Assembly: GCA_963828195.1 (NCBI GenBank)
Contig: CAWHDT010000005.1
Span: forward strand, 288,001-352,000
Length of the DNA stretch: 64,000 nucleotides
From: Candidatus Bathyarchaeota archaeon
GTDB lineage: Archaea > Thermoproteota > Bathyarchaeia > Bathyarchaeales > Bathycorpusculaceae
Reading direction: 5' to 3'
Made by a program: the position numbers and the translations under genes
The notes under the pieces: generated by a model
Told to the model about the DNA's origin: nothing
The model's database searches: none
Seen by the model: only the letters and a program-made list of their open reading frames with translations
Shown: piece after piece, positions 29,099-39,960 of the stretch
Position numbering within the stretch: the first letter of the stretch is position 1
Layout: each line of letters opens with the position of its first letter

Positions 29099-29831
29099 TT
29101 TCCATCTGCCCCAGTTTATCTAAAACTTTTTCAACTTCACTTCTAATCGAATCAATCCTTTTTTCAGCTTCAGTTTTAGCGTCAGGCTTTTCCTCTGGAG
29201 GTTTCCGCTTCTTTCTCTGTTTTTCTTCCCCAGTTTCCCCCTCTTCTTCTTCCTCTTCATCCTCCATTTTTTCTATCGGGGGTGCGGGCTTTTGTGTTGG
29301 TAATTTTACGGGTATCTCTCTTATGGGTTTAACGTCGATTTTTGTTCTTAGCTCTTCAACCTTTGAGGTTAATTCCCCGAAGCGTTCGCTGAATAGCTTC
29401 ATTAAATCTTCCTGCATCCCCTCAAGATCATGCAGCGCAACTATTGTTTCATCTTTCGAGATGGATTCTTTAATAGACATCATTCTGGCCTTGTAGCTTG
29501 CAGCAAGCTTTTCTCTTTCTGCCTCTGAGATTTTTCCCTCTGCCTGTGCCTCGTACAAGCGCCTCAGTGCGTCGCTTAAAATGTCTCTTTCTAAATCTAG
29601 CATTCGCAGCTCATCTTTTGCGCTGGAAGCTGCCGTTGTTGGGACACTTTTAGAGATTCTGAAAGGTGAACTTGCCGAATAGTCAATGCTTGGGTCGCTG
29701 TCTGTTTTTTGAGGTTTTTTCTTAGGGTTTTTTTTACCCAGCCGGCTCATGGAAAAAATAACTACTCCGCACGCGAAAATAATCACTACCGCTACTGCCG
29801 TCACCGTTACTGGGTCATCGTACCAAGCCAT
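29088..29831 (-). CDS. Membrane-anchored coiled-coil hypothetical protein
   Basis: N-terminal TM (MAWYDDPVTVTAVAVVII), coiled coil, acidic tract. Confidence 0.8.
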   Translation of the reverse strand: MAWYDDPVTVTAVAVVIIFACGVVIFSMSRLGKKNPKKKPQKTDSDPSIDYSASSPFRISKSVPTTAASSAKDELRMLDLERDILSDALRRLYEAQAEGKISEAEREKLAASYKARMMSIKESISKDETIVALHDLEGMQEDLMKLFSERFGELTSKVEELRTKIDVKPIREIPVKLPTQKPAPPIEKMEDEEEEEEGETGEEKQRKKRKPPEEKPDAKTEAEKRIDSIRSEVEKVLDKLGQMEIES

Positions 29832-30003
29832 GCCAAGCTGTCCTCGATATGTTGATTGCACACGATATATATATAAATTATACAATCTCTCCAAACCAGT
29901 TTTTAATTTAAACGGGTGCCCTCGCCCATAGGATAATTTTATCTTTAGCAAGTTACCCTTCTCTCTTTATGCATCATGGTGCATCTGTGAGTTATGGAGT
30001 AAA

Positions 30004-31239
30004 ATGGTTGCTGACGAGAAACGTAGGCTTGTAGTTTTCGACGTTGAAGGAGTGCTTATTCCGAAAAACCGCTTCATTTTCGAAGTGGGAAAAACCTTAG
30101 GCTTAGCTAAGCTGATTAAGCTTCTTTTCTTCGGGTTTCTCTACGAAGCTGGCCTGTTAAAGCTGCAATCCGTTTTGAGGCATGTTTTCGGGGAATTAGA
30201 GGGGGTTAAGCTTGAAACTTTAATGTCAATTTTTGACAAAATCCCCGCGACTCCTTTTCTGCAAAACATTTTTTCTCAAATAAAAATGAGAAATTGCAAG
30301 ATTGCGTTAATCAGCTCCGGCTTGCCCACGGTCATAGTTAAAAAATTGGCTGATTCACTTTGCGCGGACTATGCTTACGGAGTCGAAGTTGAAACCAAAG
30401 ACGGCTATTTAACGGGTAAAATCTGGGGTGACACAATTTACCCGAACGGCAAGCTCAAAGTTTTATCAAAGATTCTGACCACTGAAGGCCTGCGGCTTAG
30501 CGACTGCATCGTTGTCGCCGATGACAGAAATAACCGCTGCATTTTTCTGCCCGGAATAGTGAAGATCGGTTTTAACCCCGACTTTGTTCTGAGAGTTAAA
30601 GCCGACAGAGTTGTAAACGGCAAGCTGTCCTCAATCTTACCCATTATTGATGGGAAACCACATAAGCGTTCTTTTCCGTCAACGAACGATTTTCTGCGGG
30701 AAGACATTCATGCTTCCGGTTTTTTCGTGCCCATTATCTCAACTTTCATTGGAGTTCCCACGGTAGCTGCCATAATTTTCGGCATCGCGTTGATATATAC
30801 AATATCGGAGCTTTGGCGTCTGGAAGGAAAAGAATTATCATTCATCTCGGCGATTACACGCCACGCAGCTAATCAATCAGAACTACGAGGCTTCGCTGCT
30901 GCACCATTGTATTTCGCCTTCGGCATCTTGTTTACCTTGCTTGTGTTCCCAGCACCCGCAAGCTACGCCGCAATCGCCATTTTTTGTTTAGGAGACAGCG
31001 TTGCTTCTCTTTTCGGAGGCTTAATCTCCACGTCTTTGCCGTTTAACAAGGGAAAAACTTGGGAAGGTTCACTGTCCGGCTTCTTTTTTGCGTTTTTAGC
31101 AGGCTCATTTTTTGTCCATCCGTATGTGGCTTTTATTGGGGCAGCGATTGCCATGACCGTGGAGGTTCTTCCATTGCCAGTTAACGATAATGTGTTGATC
31201 CCGATAATTACTGGAGCAGCGTTGACGCTACTGATTTAA
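30004..31239 (+). CDS. Fusion of SerB-like HAD phosphatase and dolichol/phytol kinase (CTP-transferase-like) membrane domain
   Basis: VFDVEGVL, ISSG, VADDRNN; C-terminal GDSVASLFG, GKTWEGS, NDN. Confidence 0.8.
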   Translation: MVADEKRRLVVFDVEGVLIPKNRFIFEVGKTLGLAKLIKLLFFGFLYEAGLLKLQSVLRHVFGELEGVKLETLMSIFDKIPATPFLQNIFSQIKMRNCKIALISSGLPTVIVKKLADSLCADYAYGVEVETKDGYLTGKIWGDTIYPNGKLKVLSKILTTEGLRLSDCIVVADDRNNRCIFLPGIVKIGFNPDFVLRVKADRVVNGKLSSILPIIDGKPHKRSFPSTNDFLREDIHASGFFVPIISTFIGVPTVAAIIFGIALIYTISELWRLEGKELSFISAITRHAANQSELRGFAAAPLYFAFGILFTLLVFPAPASYAAIAIFCLGDSVASLFGGLISTSLPFNKGKTWEGSLSGFFFAFLAGSFFVHPYVAFIGAAIAMTVEVLPLPVNDNVLIPIITGAALTLLI

Positions 31240-31341
31240 CGGAACCACTGCCTTAAGGTAATGCTTGAAAAAGACGCCCTGTCCCACACTTTGCATGCAG
31301 AATCGGTGAAAATGCATACGGAATAGATGCAGTTTCTTAAG

Positions 31342-31596
31342 TTATTTTTTGTTTTGTGCGTTCACTAAGTCCAGTTTTTGCTGGTGGCTTAGCTTTTTTA
31401 TTTCTCTTTCGCGCTTCATCGCTTTGCTCCGTAAATCAAACTGTTCAACGTAAGCTATCTTTTGGGGCTTGTGTGACTTTGTGTATTTTGCGCCCTTGCC
31501 GTTTTGATGCAGTTTCATCCTTAAATCTAAGTCCTTGGTGTAGCCCGTGTAGAAACTTCCGCCGCTGCATAGTAAAATGTAAACGTAAAATGGCAT
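31342..31596 (-). CDS. GIY-YIG nuclease (UPF0213)
   Basis: YVYIL, YTGYT, HQNGKGAKYT, AMKREREIK. Confidence 0.92.
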   Translation of the reverse strand: MPFYVYILLCSGGSFYTGYTKDLDLRMKLHQNGKGAKYTKSHKPQKIAYVEQFDLRSKAMKREREIKKLSHQQKLDLVNAQNKK

Positions 31597-31601
31597 TTTG
31601 T

Positions 31602-32282
31602 TTATTGCGCCTCCGTTTGGGGTGGCAGATAATCGTAAACGATGCCTTTCTGCATGGCTCTTTTAAGGTAAGCTTCAGGGTCGATTTCTTGGACTTTTGC
31701 GCGGTCAACGTCGATGATGTAGATGTCGTGGATGCGCGCATTTCGTATTTCTTCAACGGTGACCGGCGGCTTCTGGTAGTATGCGTCACAGAGCTTTTTT
31801 ATCTGCGTTATTTCTTGGTCAGTTCGGTTTCTCGGTGGCTTAGCTAACGCAGCTGGAAAAGGCAGAATGTAGTGGGGTGGGACGCCTAACGCGAATTTTC
31901 CTGCGAAGCTGCTGTACCGAATTATCTTGCTTGCCAACCGTGCAGTTGTGTAAGTGAGGGGCGCCAAAGCGTTTTCGGGGGGAATATAGCCCGTTTCTAT
32001 TTCAACAATGAGGTTTCCGTAGCCTTTTATGGCGTACAAATCGCAGGTTAAAATTTCATTTAGGGGATATTCAAGTTGGACTTCGTAGCCTTTCTGGATC
32101 AGGTATTTGGCGCAGACCAGCTCCATCACGGAATGGTTGATTTTCAAAACGTTTTCTCTCTGCAGCTTCACCAACCAATCTTTCAGCATGTTAAGTTTGT
32201 TTTCAGCTTCCTTACCAGAATCTTGAGCCAGCCTTGCCAACAGTACCGTTAAATCCTGCTCGAACTTTAGCCTGTTACTCAT
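31602..32282 (-). CDS. Hypothetical protein, PD-(D/E)XK-like
   Basis: HSVMEL...EYP...CDLYA...VEIETG. Confidence 0.7.
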   Translation of the reverse strand: MSNRLKFEQDLTVLLARLAQDSGKEAENKLNMLKDWLVKLQRENVLKINHSVMELVCAKYLIQKGYEVQLEYPLNEILTCDLYAIKGYGNLIVEIETGYIPPENALAPLTYTTARLASKIIRYSSFAGKFALGVPPHYILPFPAALAKPPRNRTDQEITQIKKLCDAYYQKPPVTVEEIRNARIHDIYIIDVDRAKVQEIDPEAYLKRAMQKGIVYDYLPPQTEAQ

Positions 32283-32407
32283 GCTGTTTTCCTTGCCGAT
32301 TGACTGGGCGGTTGCTTAAGTTGCATTGACATCAACAATATTATGGATTTCTCCCTTTAATAGCTTCGACGATAGGTTTGAGAAAGCGCCGCAAGCCATA
32401 TTCGTCG

Positions 32408-32640
32408 TTTGATTTTTGTTATTAATTTTAAATTTTGAAAGAACAACAACACTTGGGGAACAACTGTTGTTCTTCTTGGCAATATTTATTTAAAAGAAGA
32501 AGCCTAGTGAAACCGTTTTTCTTCTTCTTTGGTCCTGTTTCTTTTTGAAGTTAAATTTTTGTGCAAATAGCAGGTAGGGCTATAGGTAGCGGCGTCTTAT
32601 CAGGGCTTGTTTTAAGCTGATTTTTTTGGTTAGGGTTTTT
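32408..32640 (+). repeat. Dispersed intergenic repeat, copy 3
   Basis: Same two inverted repeats (16- and 18-nt spacers); tail nearly identical to copy 1. Confidence 0.9.
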
Positions 32641-32950
32641 GGCAACTTTTTAATTAACTAGAGAGCAATTTTTTAAAGTTAACGCGTTATTTCCAAATCG
32701 CCGTGAAACGCTTGCTAATTGTCTCTTTCTAAGTTGCAGTTTGATGATTTTGATTTTTAGCACTACTCTCATTCATATCTAATTACCTCGGCTGGTCGCG
32801 TTCTGGCTGCTCACCACACAGGGTACAGACTACTCAGGCCCACCCAGCAATAAATTTCTCAAGTTTGCCGCGTTCTAACATGTAGAATTAAATAATGCCA
32901 AACATAGATATCGAGACGTTAAAGGTAAATTGCTGAGAGGGGAGGGTTAA

Positions 32951-34453
32951 GTGAAAAAACGGTTAGCAATAGTTTTATCGCTTGTAGTAATCACCGTTAT
33001 TGTTGTTTCAACGTTTGTTTCCATAGAAATTTACACGCCCTTTTCGACTGCGGTGGCAAGTAAGAAGCCGTTTTACGTCGGCGTCACTTACTGCGGAGAC
33101 TCAAACACCGAAGCAGAACAACTTATCAACAAAGTAAAAAACTACACTAACCTGTTTGCTCTGGATTCTGGACCCTTAATGCAAAACGTTGGCGCAATGG
33201 AGCAGATATGCACTTACGCCGTTAACTCAGGATTAAACGTCATAGCATATTTCAGCACCGCTGGCGCATCAACCAATCAAATAGACTCTTTCCTCAACTT
33301 TTCTCAGACGGGGGGCATTCATTTCTTGGGATTATACTTAAATGATGAACCAGGCGGAAAAATGCTTGATGGACAAGTTTCCCTTTTCGATAGCGACATG
33401 GGAAACAACTTTCTTCCCCAAAATGTTGTTAAAGGTCAAGATGGATCTATTTCGATTAGTGAAGGCAATGGTAGTGAATCGGGCGTTACTTCATCCGAAA
33501 CCACATTTGAACCTTCGGGAACAATTAAAAACGACATTTTAAATATCCAGTTTCCTATTGGGGCGCAATCATCTGCAAACACCACGTATTATCTAAATGG
33601 CACTATTACTTTTGTATCAACTAATGGAAACGTAACCACTGGAACTTTGATGTACCAGCCAGACGGCACCGTGCAAAACCAAAACGGCGCAATAGTAACT
33701 GATGAAGGCAATATTTCTCAGTTCAAACCCTACCAAGAACTCTGGAATTCAAATCCGATTCTGAATTACACTGACGCAGCAAACCTCTATGTAACCAATC
33801 AACAATCTACCCTGAGCGATCTTGGGAATCAATCGTCTGTTAATCTTTTCACTTCAGACTATGGACTTTACTGGTTCGACTACTTAGGCGGTTACAACAC
33901 CGTTTTTGCAGAGTTATTTGGAGCCCAAACCGACCCCCAGACTTTAGCTTTAGTTAGGGGCGCAGCCGACATGCAAGATAAAAGTTGGGGAGCAATGATT
34001 GAATGGGCTAATCGCACGTCGATTACACTGCAAAGCGGCACCCAAATATACAATGAGATGCGGCAAGCTTACGAAGATGGCGCTGAATACACTGTCGTAT
34101 TTAACTACTCGCCAAGCGGCAATGGCACTGGCCTTTTGCAGGACGAGCAGTTCGCCGCGATTCAGAAGTTCTGGACGGATGTTGTGCAGAACCCCAAAAT
34201 AACCAACAATGTAGCAGGACAAGATGCGTTAGTTTTGCCCAACGATTACGGTTGGGGAATGCGGAGCCAGACCGACACGATATGGGGCATATGGCCAGCC
34301 GACAACCAGTCACAGCAAGTTTGGAATAATGTGCAATCCGCTCTTGCCAAATACGGGTCAAAACTAGATATAATCTATGATGACCCATCGTTTCCAAACT
34401 ATACAAGCATGTACTCAAAGGTAATTTACTGGAATGGCACCATTGCACCATAA
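32951..34453 (+). CDS. Membrane-anchored extracellular protein (possible glycoside-hydrolase-like barrel)
   Basis: N-terminal TM, GLYLNDEPGG, TSDYGLYWFDY, many N-x-S/T sequons. Confidence 0.75.
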   Translation: MKKRLAIVLSLVVITVIVVSTFVSIEIYTPFSTAVASKKPFYVGVTYCGDSNTEAEQLINKVKNYTNLFALDSGPLMQNVGAMEQICTYAVNSGLNVIAYFSTAGASTNQIDSFLNFSQTGGIHFLGLYLNDEPGGKMLDGQVSLFDSDMGNNFLPQNVVKGQDGSISISEGNGSESGVTSSETTFEPSGTIKNDILNIQFPIGAQSSANTTYYLNGTITFVSTNGNVTTGTLMYQPDGTVQNQNGAIVTDEGNISQFKPYQELWNSNPILNYTDAANLYVTNQQSTLSDLGNQSSVNLFTSDYGLYWFDYLGGYNTVFAELFGAQTDPQTLALVRGAADMQDKSWGAMIEWANRTSITLQSGTQIYNEMRQAYEDGAEYTVVFNYSPSGNGTGLLQDEQFAAIQKFWTDVVQNPKITNNVAGQDALVLPNDYGWGMRSQTDTIWGIWPADNQSQQVWNNVQSALAKYGSKLDIIYDDPSFPNYTSMYSKVIYWNGTIAP

Positions 34454-34609
34454 TCCGCCACACTGACTAAAAAAAGTTACAAGTATCATATGTTTACCAA
34501 CGATTTTGCTAAGACCTTTTCCCGAAGCAAGTGAACGCCTACCCCTGCAGAAGAAGAGCGGGATTAAAGCGTTTAAAACTCAACAAAAACAAGATTAGTA
34601 TGGGAAAAA

Positions 34610-35179
34610 TTATCCTTGATTTGGAAGGACTATAATTTCAACCCCTATTGTTAAATAATAATTTGCTCCCGATTGAGTGCTTATCAGTATAGGCCGCCCA
34701 AACTTGAGGTCTAAGTAGTATTGTCCTACAGGAGCGTTACCTGCAAACTTGATTGCAAGCGCGGTAGAATTAGACATGGAAGGCTGTACAACTATCGGGT
34801 TAAGGCTGAAGCTGTAAGTCAAAATGTTATCCTGAATAAAAGATGAATTTCCTGTGTCAGCCCAAACCTTGGGGTTTATTGTATCGCTGTAAGTGCTTAA
34901 TGTTAGGTTTTCAATAGGTATTTCTATCGGCTGATCAGTGATGGACGTGAATGTGAGGTTTATCGGCAAAGTTGCTCCCTGAGTGACATTAAAGTAGATT
35001 CCGTCTTCATTGGGACCGCCGCCATTTATCTGGTAAGAAAACACATACTCTGGACCCGAGAAAGGTGTTGCCTTTGGGAGTTGATTTTGGTACGTTTTAT
35101 AGGCTATTATGCCAAAACCAGCAGCTAAAATAGCGACTAACAGGATAGTTATTGAAACTATTTTTCTGTTCATCACCAT
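34610..35179 (-). CDS. Membrane-anchored Ig-like secreted protein
   Basis: N-terminal TM, beta-rich, NAPVGQY. Confidence 0.7.
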   Translation of the reverse strand: MVMNRKIVSITILLVAILAAGFGIIAYKTYQNQLPKATPFSGPEYVFSYQINGGGPNEDGIYFNVTQGATLPINLTFTSITDQPIEIPIENLTLSTYSDTINPKVWADTGNSSFIQDNILTYSFSLNPIVVQPSMSNSTALAIKFAGNAPVGQYYLDLKFGRPILISTQSGANYYLTIGVEIIVLPNQG

Positions 35180-35225
35180 TCTTTTTCCTCGGTAACCGCT
35201 TATTTAATTTGTGGAAGCGACCTGC

Positions 35226-36533
35226 TTATTCATAGCGCATTGCCTCCGCTGGCCGCGTTCGAGCTGCTCTCCACGCAGGATACAGGCTGCCAAGGGCTCC
35301 CAGCAATACAGCGACTCCTAATCCGAGCAGTACGAGTTCGGGGGTTATGGTTACGGAGATAGATGCTGACGAAGCCGAGCCTATGGATACGCCTGCTGTT
35401 GATACTGTGCTGTTTCCAGCCTGAGTTGGATGGGGAAGCAGCAGATTAGCAAGCGATGTCGCACCCACAGTACCAATCACTAAACCCACAACGCCCGCGA
35501 TCAAGCACAGCAGCACACCTTCAAGCATAAACTGCCCCAAAACCGCCATGCTGCTGGCACCCAACGCCTTCAGGGTACCAATTTCTCGGGTTCTCTCACG
35601 CACCGTATACAACATAATGAAAAGCACGATTGCCGCAACCACCACAGTAACAACGGCAATCTCCATCGTACCAGTACTCTGGATTTGACTCATAGAAGCC
35701 TGCGCCATCTGCAACTCCTCACTGGTCTGAGTTTGCATTTGAATCACCGAATCCACCAGAGAAGCAGCTATCGAAACCGACAACTTAGGGTACATAATGC
35801 TGATTTTACTAGCAACATCTTCTACATCGGTGACATTGTCGGCAAAAACCTTAAAGTCTGATACCGCTCCCGTGTTATTAGTTATTGCCTGGGCGTCGTT
35901 AAGGTTCATGTAGACAGCGGTTTCGTTGAGCGGCGTGTACCCCTCCATACCGACCACCTGGAAGGTTTGGTTCAAAATGTTAACGGTTCCACCAACAGTG
36001 ATGTTGAAATAATCTGCAACTCGCTCCTGAAGTACAACCACGCCGCTGTCGCCTGCCTGCAGGTTTCGTCCAGCAGTAATGTTCGAGGGCAAAAGCAAAG
36101 AGTACATACTCAGCAAAGACGCATTATCCAAAGAAATCCCATAGACGTTATACGCGAAGTTGCCGTCGTATTCTGTTTGGTCAAAGATGGGTATGACGTT
36201 GGCGACGTCTGGGATCGAGGTGAGATTGGCGTAGTCTGTGATGTTCATAAGTGGCTGCTCAACGAGGGTTTGATTATCAGGCCCTGCATCGGGAACTGAG
36301 ACTGCTGGCAGGTGACAGTTTATTTGGGTTGCTACGGTAGTTACCGTTGCATTAACAGCTTGGGTCGCCTCTGTTAGATCGACAATGGTTTGTTGGGTGG
36401 TGGCTTTGCTTGCGCTGATGCTTGGCGGAATAGAAATCAACATAGCCAAAGCAAAACTCAAAACCACAATTACGAGTAGCGACCTAGTTTTTCTTCTAGA
36501 AATGTTCCTTGACGCTCTACTTAGTATACCCAT
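35226..36533 (-). CDS. MacB/FtsX-family ABC permease (1 of 3)
   Basis: RNISRRKTRS, VRERTREIGTLKALGA, SLYPAWRAARTRPAEAMRYE. Confidence 0.93.
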   Translation of the reverse strand: MGILSRASRNISRRKTRSLLVIVVLSFALAMLISIPPSISASKATTQQTIVDLTEATQAVNATVTTVATQINCHLPAVSVPDAGPDNQTLVEQPLMNITDYANLTSIPDVANVIPIFDQTEYDGNFAYNVYGISLDNASLLSMYSLLLPSNITAGRNLQAGDSGVVVLQERVADYFNITVGGTVNILNQTFQVVGMEGYTPLNETAVYMNLNDAQAITNNTGAVSDFKVFADNVTDVEDVASKISIMYPKLSVSIAASLVDSVIQMQTQTSEELQMAQASMSQIQSTGTMEIAVVTVVVAAIVLFIMLYTVRERTREIGTLKALGASSMAVLGQFMLEGVLLCLIAGVVGLVIGTVGATSLANLLLPHPTQAGNSTVSTAGVSIGSASSASISVTITPELVLLGLGVAVLLGALGSLYPAWRAARTRPAEAMRYE

Positions 36534-36574
36534 CTATTTTAACTCCAAAGCAGGTTTTCAATTTCTGCATTAAA

Positions 36575-37906
36575 TCATTCATACCTCATAGCCTCCGCTG
36601 GATTGGTTCTAGCCGCTTTCAAAGCAGGATACAAACTCCCAAGAACACCCAACAAAACGGCGGCGCCTAATCCTATCAGCGCAATTTCCGGCGTTATAGG
36701 AACAGAGATAACATTTGACCCGTTGCCGAGAAACGGCATCCGTCCATAGATTGTCTTCATTAGAGCTATTGTTCCGTTTGAATTCCCTCCCACAGTAACA
36801 CCAGTCTGCACAGGGGTTGGCAGTAGCAGGCTAGATAGTGTTGGGAGGGCAATTACGCCGACTGCTATGGCAACAAAAGCTGCAATAAGGCTAAGCACGA
36901 CGGCTTCAATCATGAATTGCCCCAGAATGGTTATGTTACCGGCGCCCATTGCTTTAAGCGTCCCTATTTCTTTAGTTCTTTCCCGAACACTGTAAAGCAT
37001 AACAAACAGCACTATTACAGCGTCTGCAACAACTACGATGCTTATTTCGGTTAGACCTGTATCTTGAATTTGACTCAGGTTGTTTTGGGCGGATTGAATC
37101 AGCTCGGTCATTTGGCTTTGCAGTGGTTCAGCCGCGTTAATCTGAGACAGACCAGATGAAACTTGCAAGTTAGGATCTAAACTGCTGATTCGGGATGCAA
37201 CTGTATTGACGTTGTCAAGGTTATCAACAAATACTGTATATAATGATGCCTGACCAGTTGCGTTGGTGATAGCTTGGGCGTCAGCTAAACTCATGCTCGC
37301 AACCAAACCTCCCGGGTCATTGTTGATGCCTACGACCGTGAAGTTTCGCCCCGAAATCGTGAAAGTTCCGCCTACACCTACACTAAAATTCTCTGCGGTT
37401 TGCTTATCCAAAACAACAACGCCGCTATCGCCAACCTGCAAATTTCGTCCCTCAATGATGTTAGCGGGTAGGAGTGATGGAATTTTTGACAAAGAAGCAT
37501 TATCTAAGGGTATACCGTAGATTTGATATGACCGATTGGCTGTAATCAACACGTTAAGTATTGGTATAACGCTGGTGACATCTGGAATTGACGTAATGTT
37601 ATTGTATAATGATTCGTTCATAAGTGGCTGCTGAATATAGCCGTTCGAACTCAACACGTTTTGGGGGCTGAAGGATATCGGATAACTGCACTGTATTTCG
37701 GTTGCCGACAAATTTATAGTTGCATTAAGGGAGCCGTAAGTACTTATTAGATCATCAAATACTTGTCGAGTCATTGCTTCTCTTGCATTGATGCTTGGCG
37801 GCAAAATAATTAGCATCGTCAAGGCAAGGCTTAACGCAATGATCACTATTACGGCGCGAGTTTTTCTTCTCGACAGGTTTCTGGCTGCTCTACTTAGTAT
37901 TCCCAT
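36575..37906 (-). CDS. MacB/FtsX-family ABC permease (2 of 3)
   Basis: VRERTKEIGTLKAMGA, YPALKAARTNPAEAMRYE. Confidence 0.93.
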   Translation of the reverse strand: MGILSRAARNLSRRKTRAVIVIIALSLALTMLIILPPSINAREAMTRQVFDDLISTYGSLNATINLSATEIQCSYPISFSPQNVLSSNGYIQQPLMNESLYNNITSIPDVTSVIPILNVLITANRSYQIYGIPLDNASLSKIPSLLPANIIEGRNLQVGDSGVVVLDKQTAENFSVGVGGTFTISGRNFTVVGINNDPGGLVASMSLADAQAITNATGQASLYTVFVDNLDNVNTVASRISSLDPNLQVSSGLSQINAAEPLQSQMTELIQSAQNNLSQIQDTGLTEISIVVVADAVIVLFVMLYSVRERTKEIGTLKAMGAGNITILGQFMIEAVVLSLIAAFVAIAVGVIALPTLSSLLLPTPVQTGVTVGGNSNGTIALMKTIYGRMPFLGNGSNVISVPITPEIALIGLGAAVLLGVLGSLYPALKAARTNPAEAMRYE

Positions 37907-37939
37907 CTACTTTACCACCTGATAAAAAAAAAATAAAGG

Positions 37940-39220
37940 CTACGTCTCTTCATTGGTCAGTCGCGTACCCTCTGGTGTCTGTTTTCCTCGGCTTATTTTT
38001 GCCAAGTTAGCTCTCTCAGCTATTTTCATTGCAATGAGGACAGCAGAGAGAACTATTACGACACAAACAAGCATAACAATCGTTAATAATTGGCCAGAAA
38101 ATTCTGGAACTGCCGGGGATGAAGAATCAGTCGGCGATGCGTTCATGTTCGTGCTAATAACCGAAACTGCACCGATCCAATCAGCCACAGGACTGTTAGT
38201 TGCAACCGAAGCAAGATTTGTAACATAAGCATATTCACCGTTTGGCGTTATAGCTATGCCATAAGGGCTGGATCCGGCACTAACTGTTTTATCCACTGTG
38301 TTTGTGGCTGTGCTTATCACTGAAACTGAATCGTTGAAGTAATTTGTGACGTAGGCGTATTTGCCGTCAGGAGTTATAGCTATACCGTTAGGCTGGTCAA
38401 AACCACCTATTGTCGCTGTCACCGTGTTCGTAGCCGTACTTATCACTGAAACCGCAGTGCTATTCACGCATACATAGGCGTTTTCGCCGTTTGGCGTTAT
38501 AGCCACCGCGTAAGCGTTGTCTCCATCTCCAAGGGTTACCGTTGCCGTCACAGTGTTCGTAGTCGTATTTATCACTGAAACTGTTCCGTCCGAATTTGCA
38601 GCATAAGCGCATTCGCCGTTTGGCGTTATTGCTACAGCTTGAGGTATGATGGGACCTCCAACAGTTATGATGTTCGCTCCTACGTTGGTGACCGGGGATG
38701 CGCTTTGGGTTCCGATAGTTATGTTCGCCGTTACTGTGTGGGTTGCTGTGCTTATCACTGTAACTGCACCGTCGTAATTTGTAACGTAGACGTATTCGCC
38801 GTTAGGAGTTATTGCTACGCCTTGATTGGGATTGCCGCCGATGGTTATCGTCGCAGTCACTGTGTTAGTAGATGTGCTAATGACTGAAACTAAGCCGTCT
38901 TGGTTTGTTGCAGTATTTGTGTCCGTTACATAAGCATATTTTCCGTCGGGCGTTATGGCTACACCAACAGGCCAGTTTTGTCCAGTTACTACAGCCACTA
39001 CCTTATTCGTAGCCGTGTTTATCACTGAAACATTGTCCGTATTTGGAACGTAGGCATAATTGCCGTCAGGCGTAAAAACCACGGAATAAGGAACCCCGCC
39101 GACAGTTACAGTCGCCGAATTTGCCGCTCGAACTGGCTGAGATAATGGTGTCAAAGCACAGAGCAAGATGGCGAAGATGATGCAGCCAACGCCCAAATTC
39201 TTTACTGTTCTCTTAATCAT
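37940..39220 (-). CDS. YVTN beta-propeller surface protein with PEF-CTERM sorting signal
   Basis: Seven AITPxGxYAYVTN repeats; VPEF followed by a TM at the C-terminus. Confidence 0.92.
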   Translation of the reverse strand: MIKRTVKNLGVGCIIFAILLCALTPLSQPVRAANSATVTVGGVPYSVVFTPDGNYAYVPNTDNVSVINTATNKVVAVVTGQNWPVGVAITPDGKYAYVTDTNTATNQDGLVSVISTSTNTVTATITIGGNPNQGVAITPNGEYVYVTNYDGAVTVISTATHTVTANITIGTQSASPVTNVGANIITVGGPIIPQAVAITPNGECAYAANSDGTVSVINTTTNTVTATVTLGDGDNAYAVAITPNGENAYVCVNSTAVSVISTATNTVTATIGGFDQPNGIAITPDGKYAYVTNYFNDSVSVISTATNTVDKTVSAGSSPYGIAITPNGEYAYVTNLASVATNSPVADWIGAVSVISTNMNASPTDSSSPAVPEFSGQLLTIVMLVCVVIVLSAVLIAMKIAERANLAKISRGKQTPEGTRLTNEET

Positions 39221-39222
39221 TC

Positions 39223-39960
39223 TTAAAGTGCCTCCGTTGATTTTGATTGACGGTTGAAAAGACCTTCTTTTTGAGCCTGTTTATCTTCGCTTATTTTCCC
39301 GCCATTAAGATACAGTGTGCGTTGAGTCTGCGCCGCAACTTGCTCGTCGTGGGTTACCATTATGATTGTTGTGCCCTGTTTCTGGTTGAGGTCCGCCAGA
39401 AGCTTCACGATTTCCTGCTTGTTGGCCACATCTAAGTTTCCTGTGGGTTCGTCAGCCAAAATTATGGCAGGATCCTTGGCTAAGGCGCGGGCGATAGCGA
39501 CTCGCTGCTGTTCACCCTGACTGAGGCGTTGAGGGCTATGTTGCTCGCGTCCAGATAATCCAACTGTGGCAAGAAATTCTTTTGCTCTTTCTCTTCTTTC
39601 ACCTTGGAATTTGCCGGAAAGCTCCATGGATAATTCGACGTTTTCCCGAGCGTTCAGGTACGGTACAAGGTTGAAGTTTTGGAAGATGAAGCCTATTTTG
39701 TCGCGACGGATTTTGTAGAGTTTTGATTCAGGCAGCCTTGCAACGTCTACGTTGTCGATGAGTACTTTTCCGCTTGATGCTTTATCGATGCAGCCGATGA
39801 CGTTGAGGAGGGTGGTTTTGCCGCTGCCTGATGGCCCCATGATTGCTGTGAACTCGCCTTTTTTGACTTCCAGGTTAAGGTCGGTTAGGGGCTGGACGCC
39901 TCGTTTGCCCAGCTTATAGGTTTTAGTTAGGTTTTCGATTTTCAGTACTGAATCACTCAT
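39223..39960 (-). CDS. ABC transporter ATP-binding protein (LolD/MacB-type)
   Basis: GPSGSGKTT, LSQGEQQRVAIAR, ADEPTGNLD, VTHD. Confidence 0.95.
   Translation of the reverse strand: MSDSVLKIENLTKTYKLGKRGVQPLTDLNLEVKKGEFTAIMGPSGSGKTTLLNVIGCIDKASSGKVLIDNVDVARLPESKLYKIRRDKIGFIFQNFNLVPYLNARENVELSMELSGKFQGERRERAKEFLATVGLSGREQHSPQRLSQGEQQRVAIARALAKDPAIILADEPTGNLDVANKQEIVKLLADLNQKQGTTIIMVTHDEQVAAQTQRTLYLNGGKISEDKQAQKEGLFNRQSKSTEAL

Noticed and set aside
38200-39100. Nucleotide repeats such as TTATCACTGAAAC
   Set aside because: Explained by the coding YVTN propeller repeats
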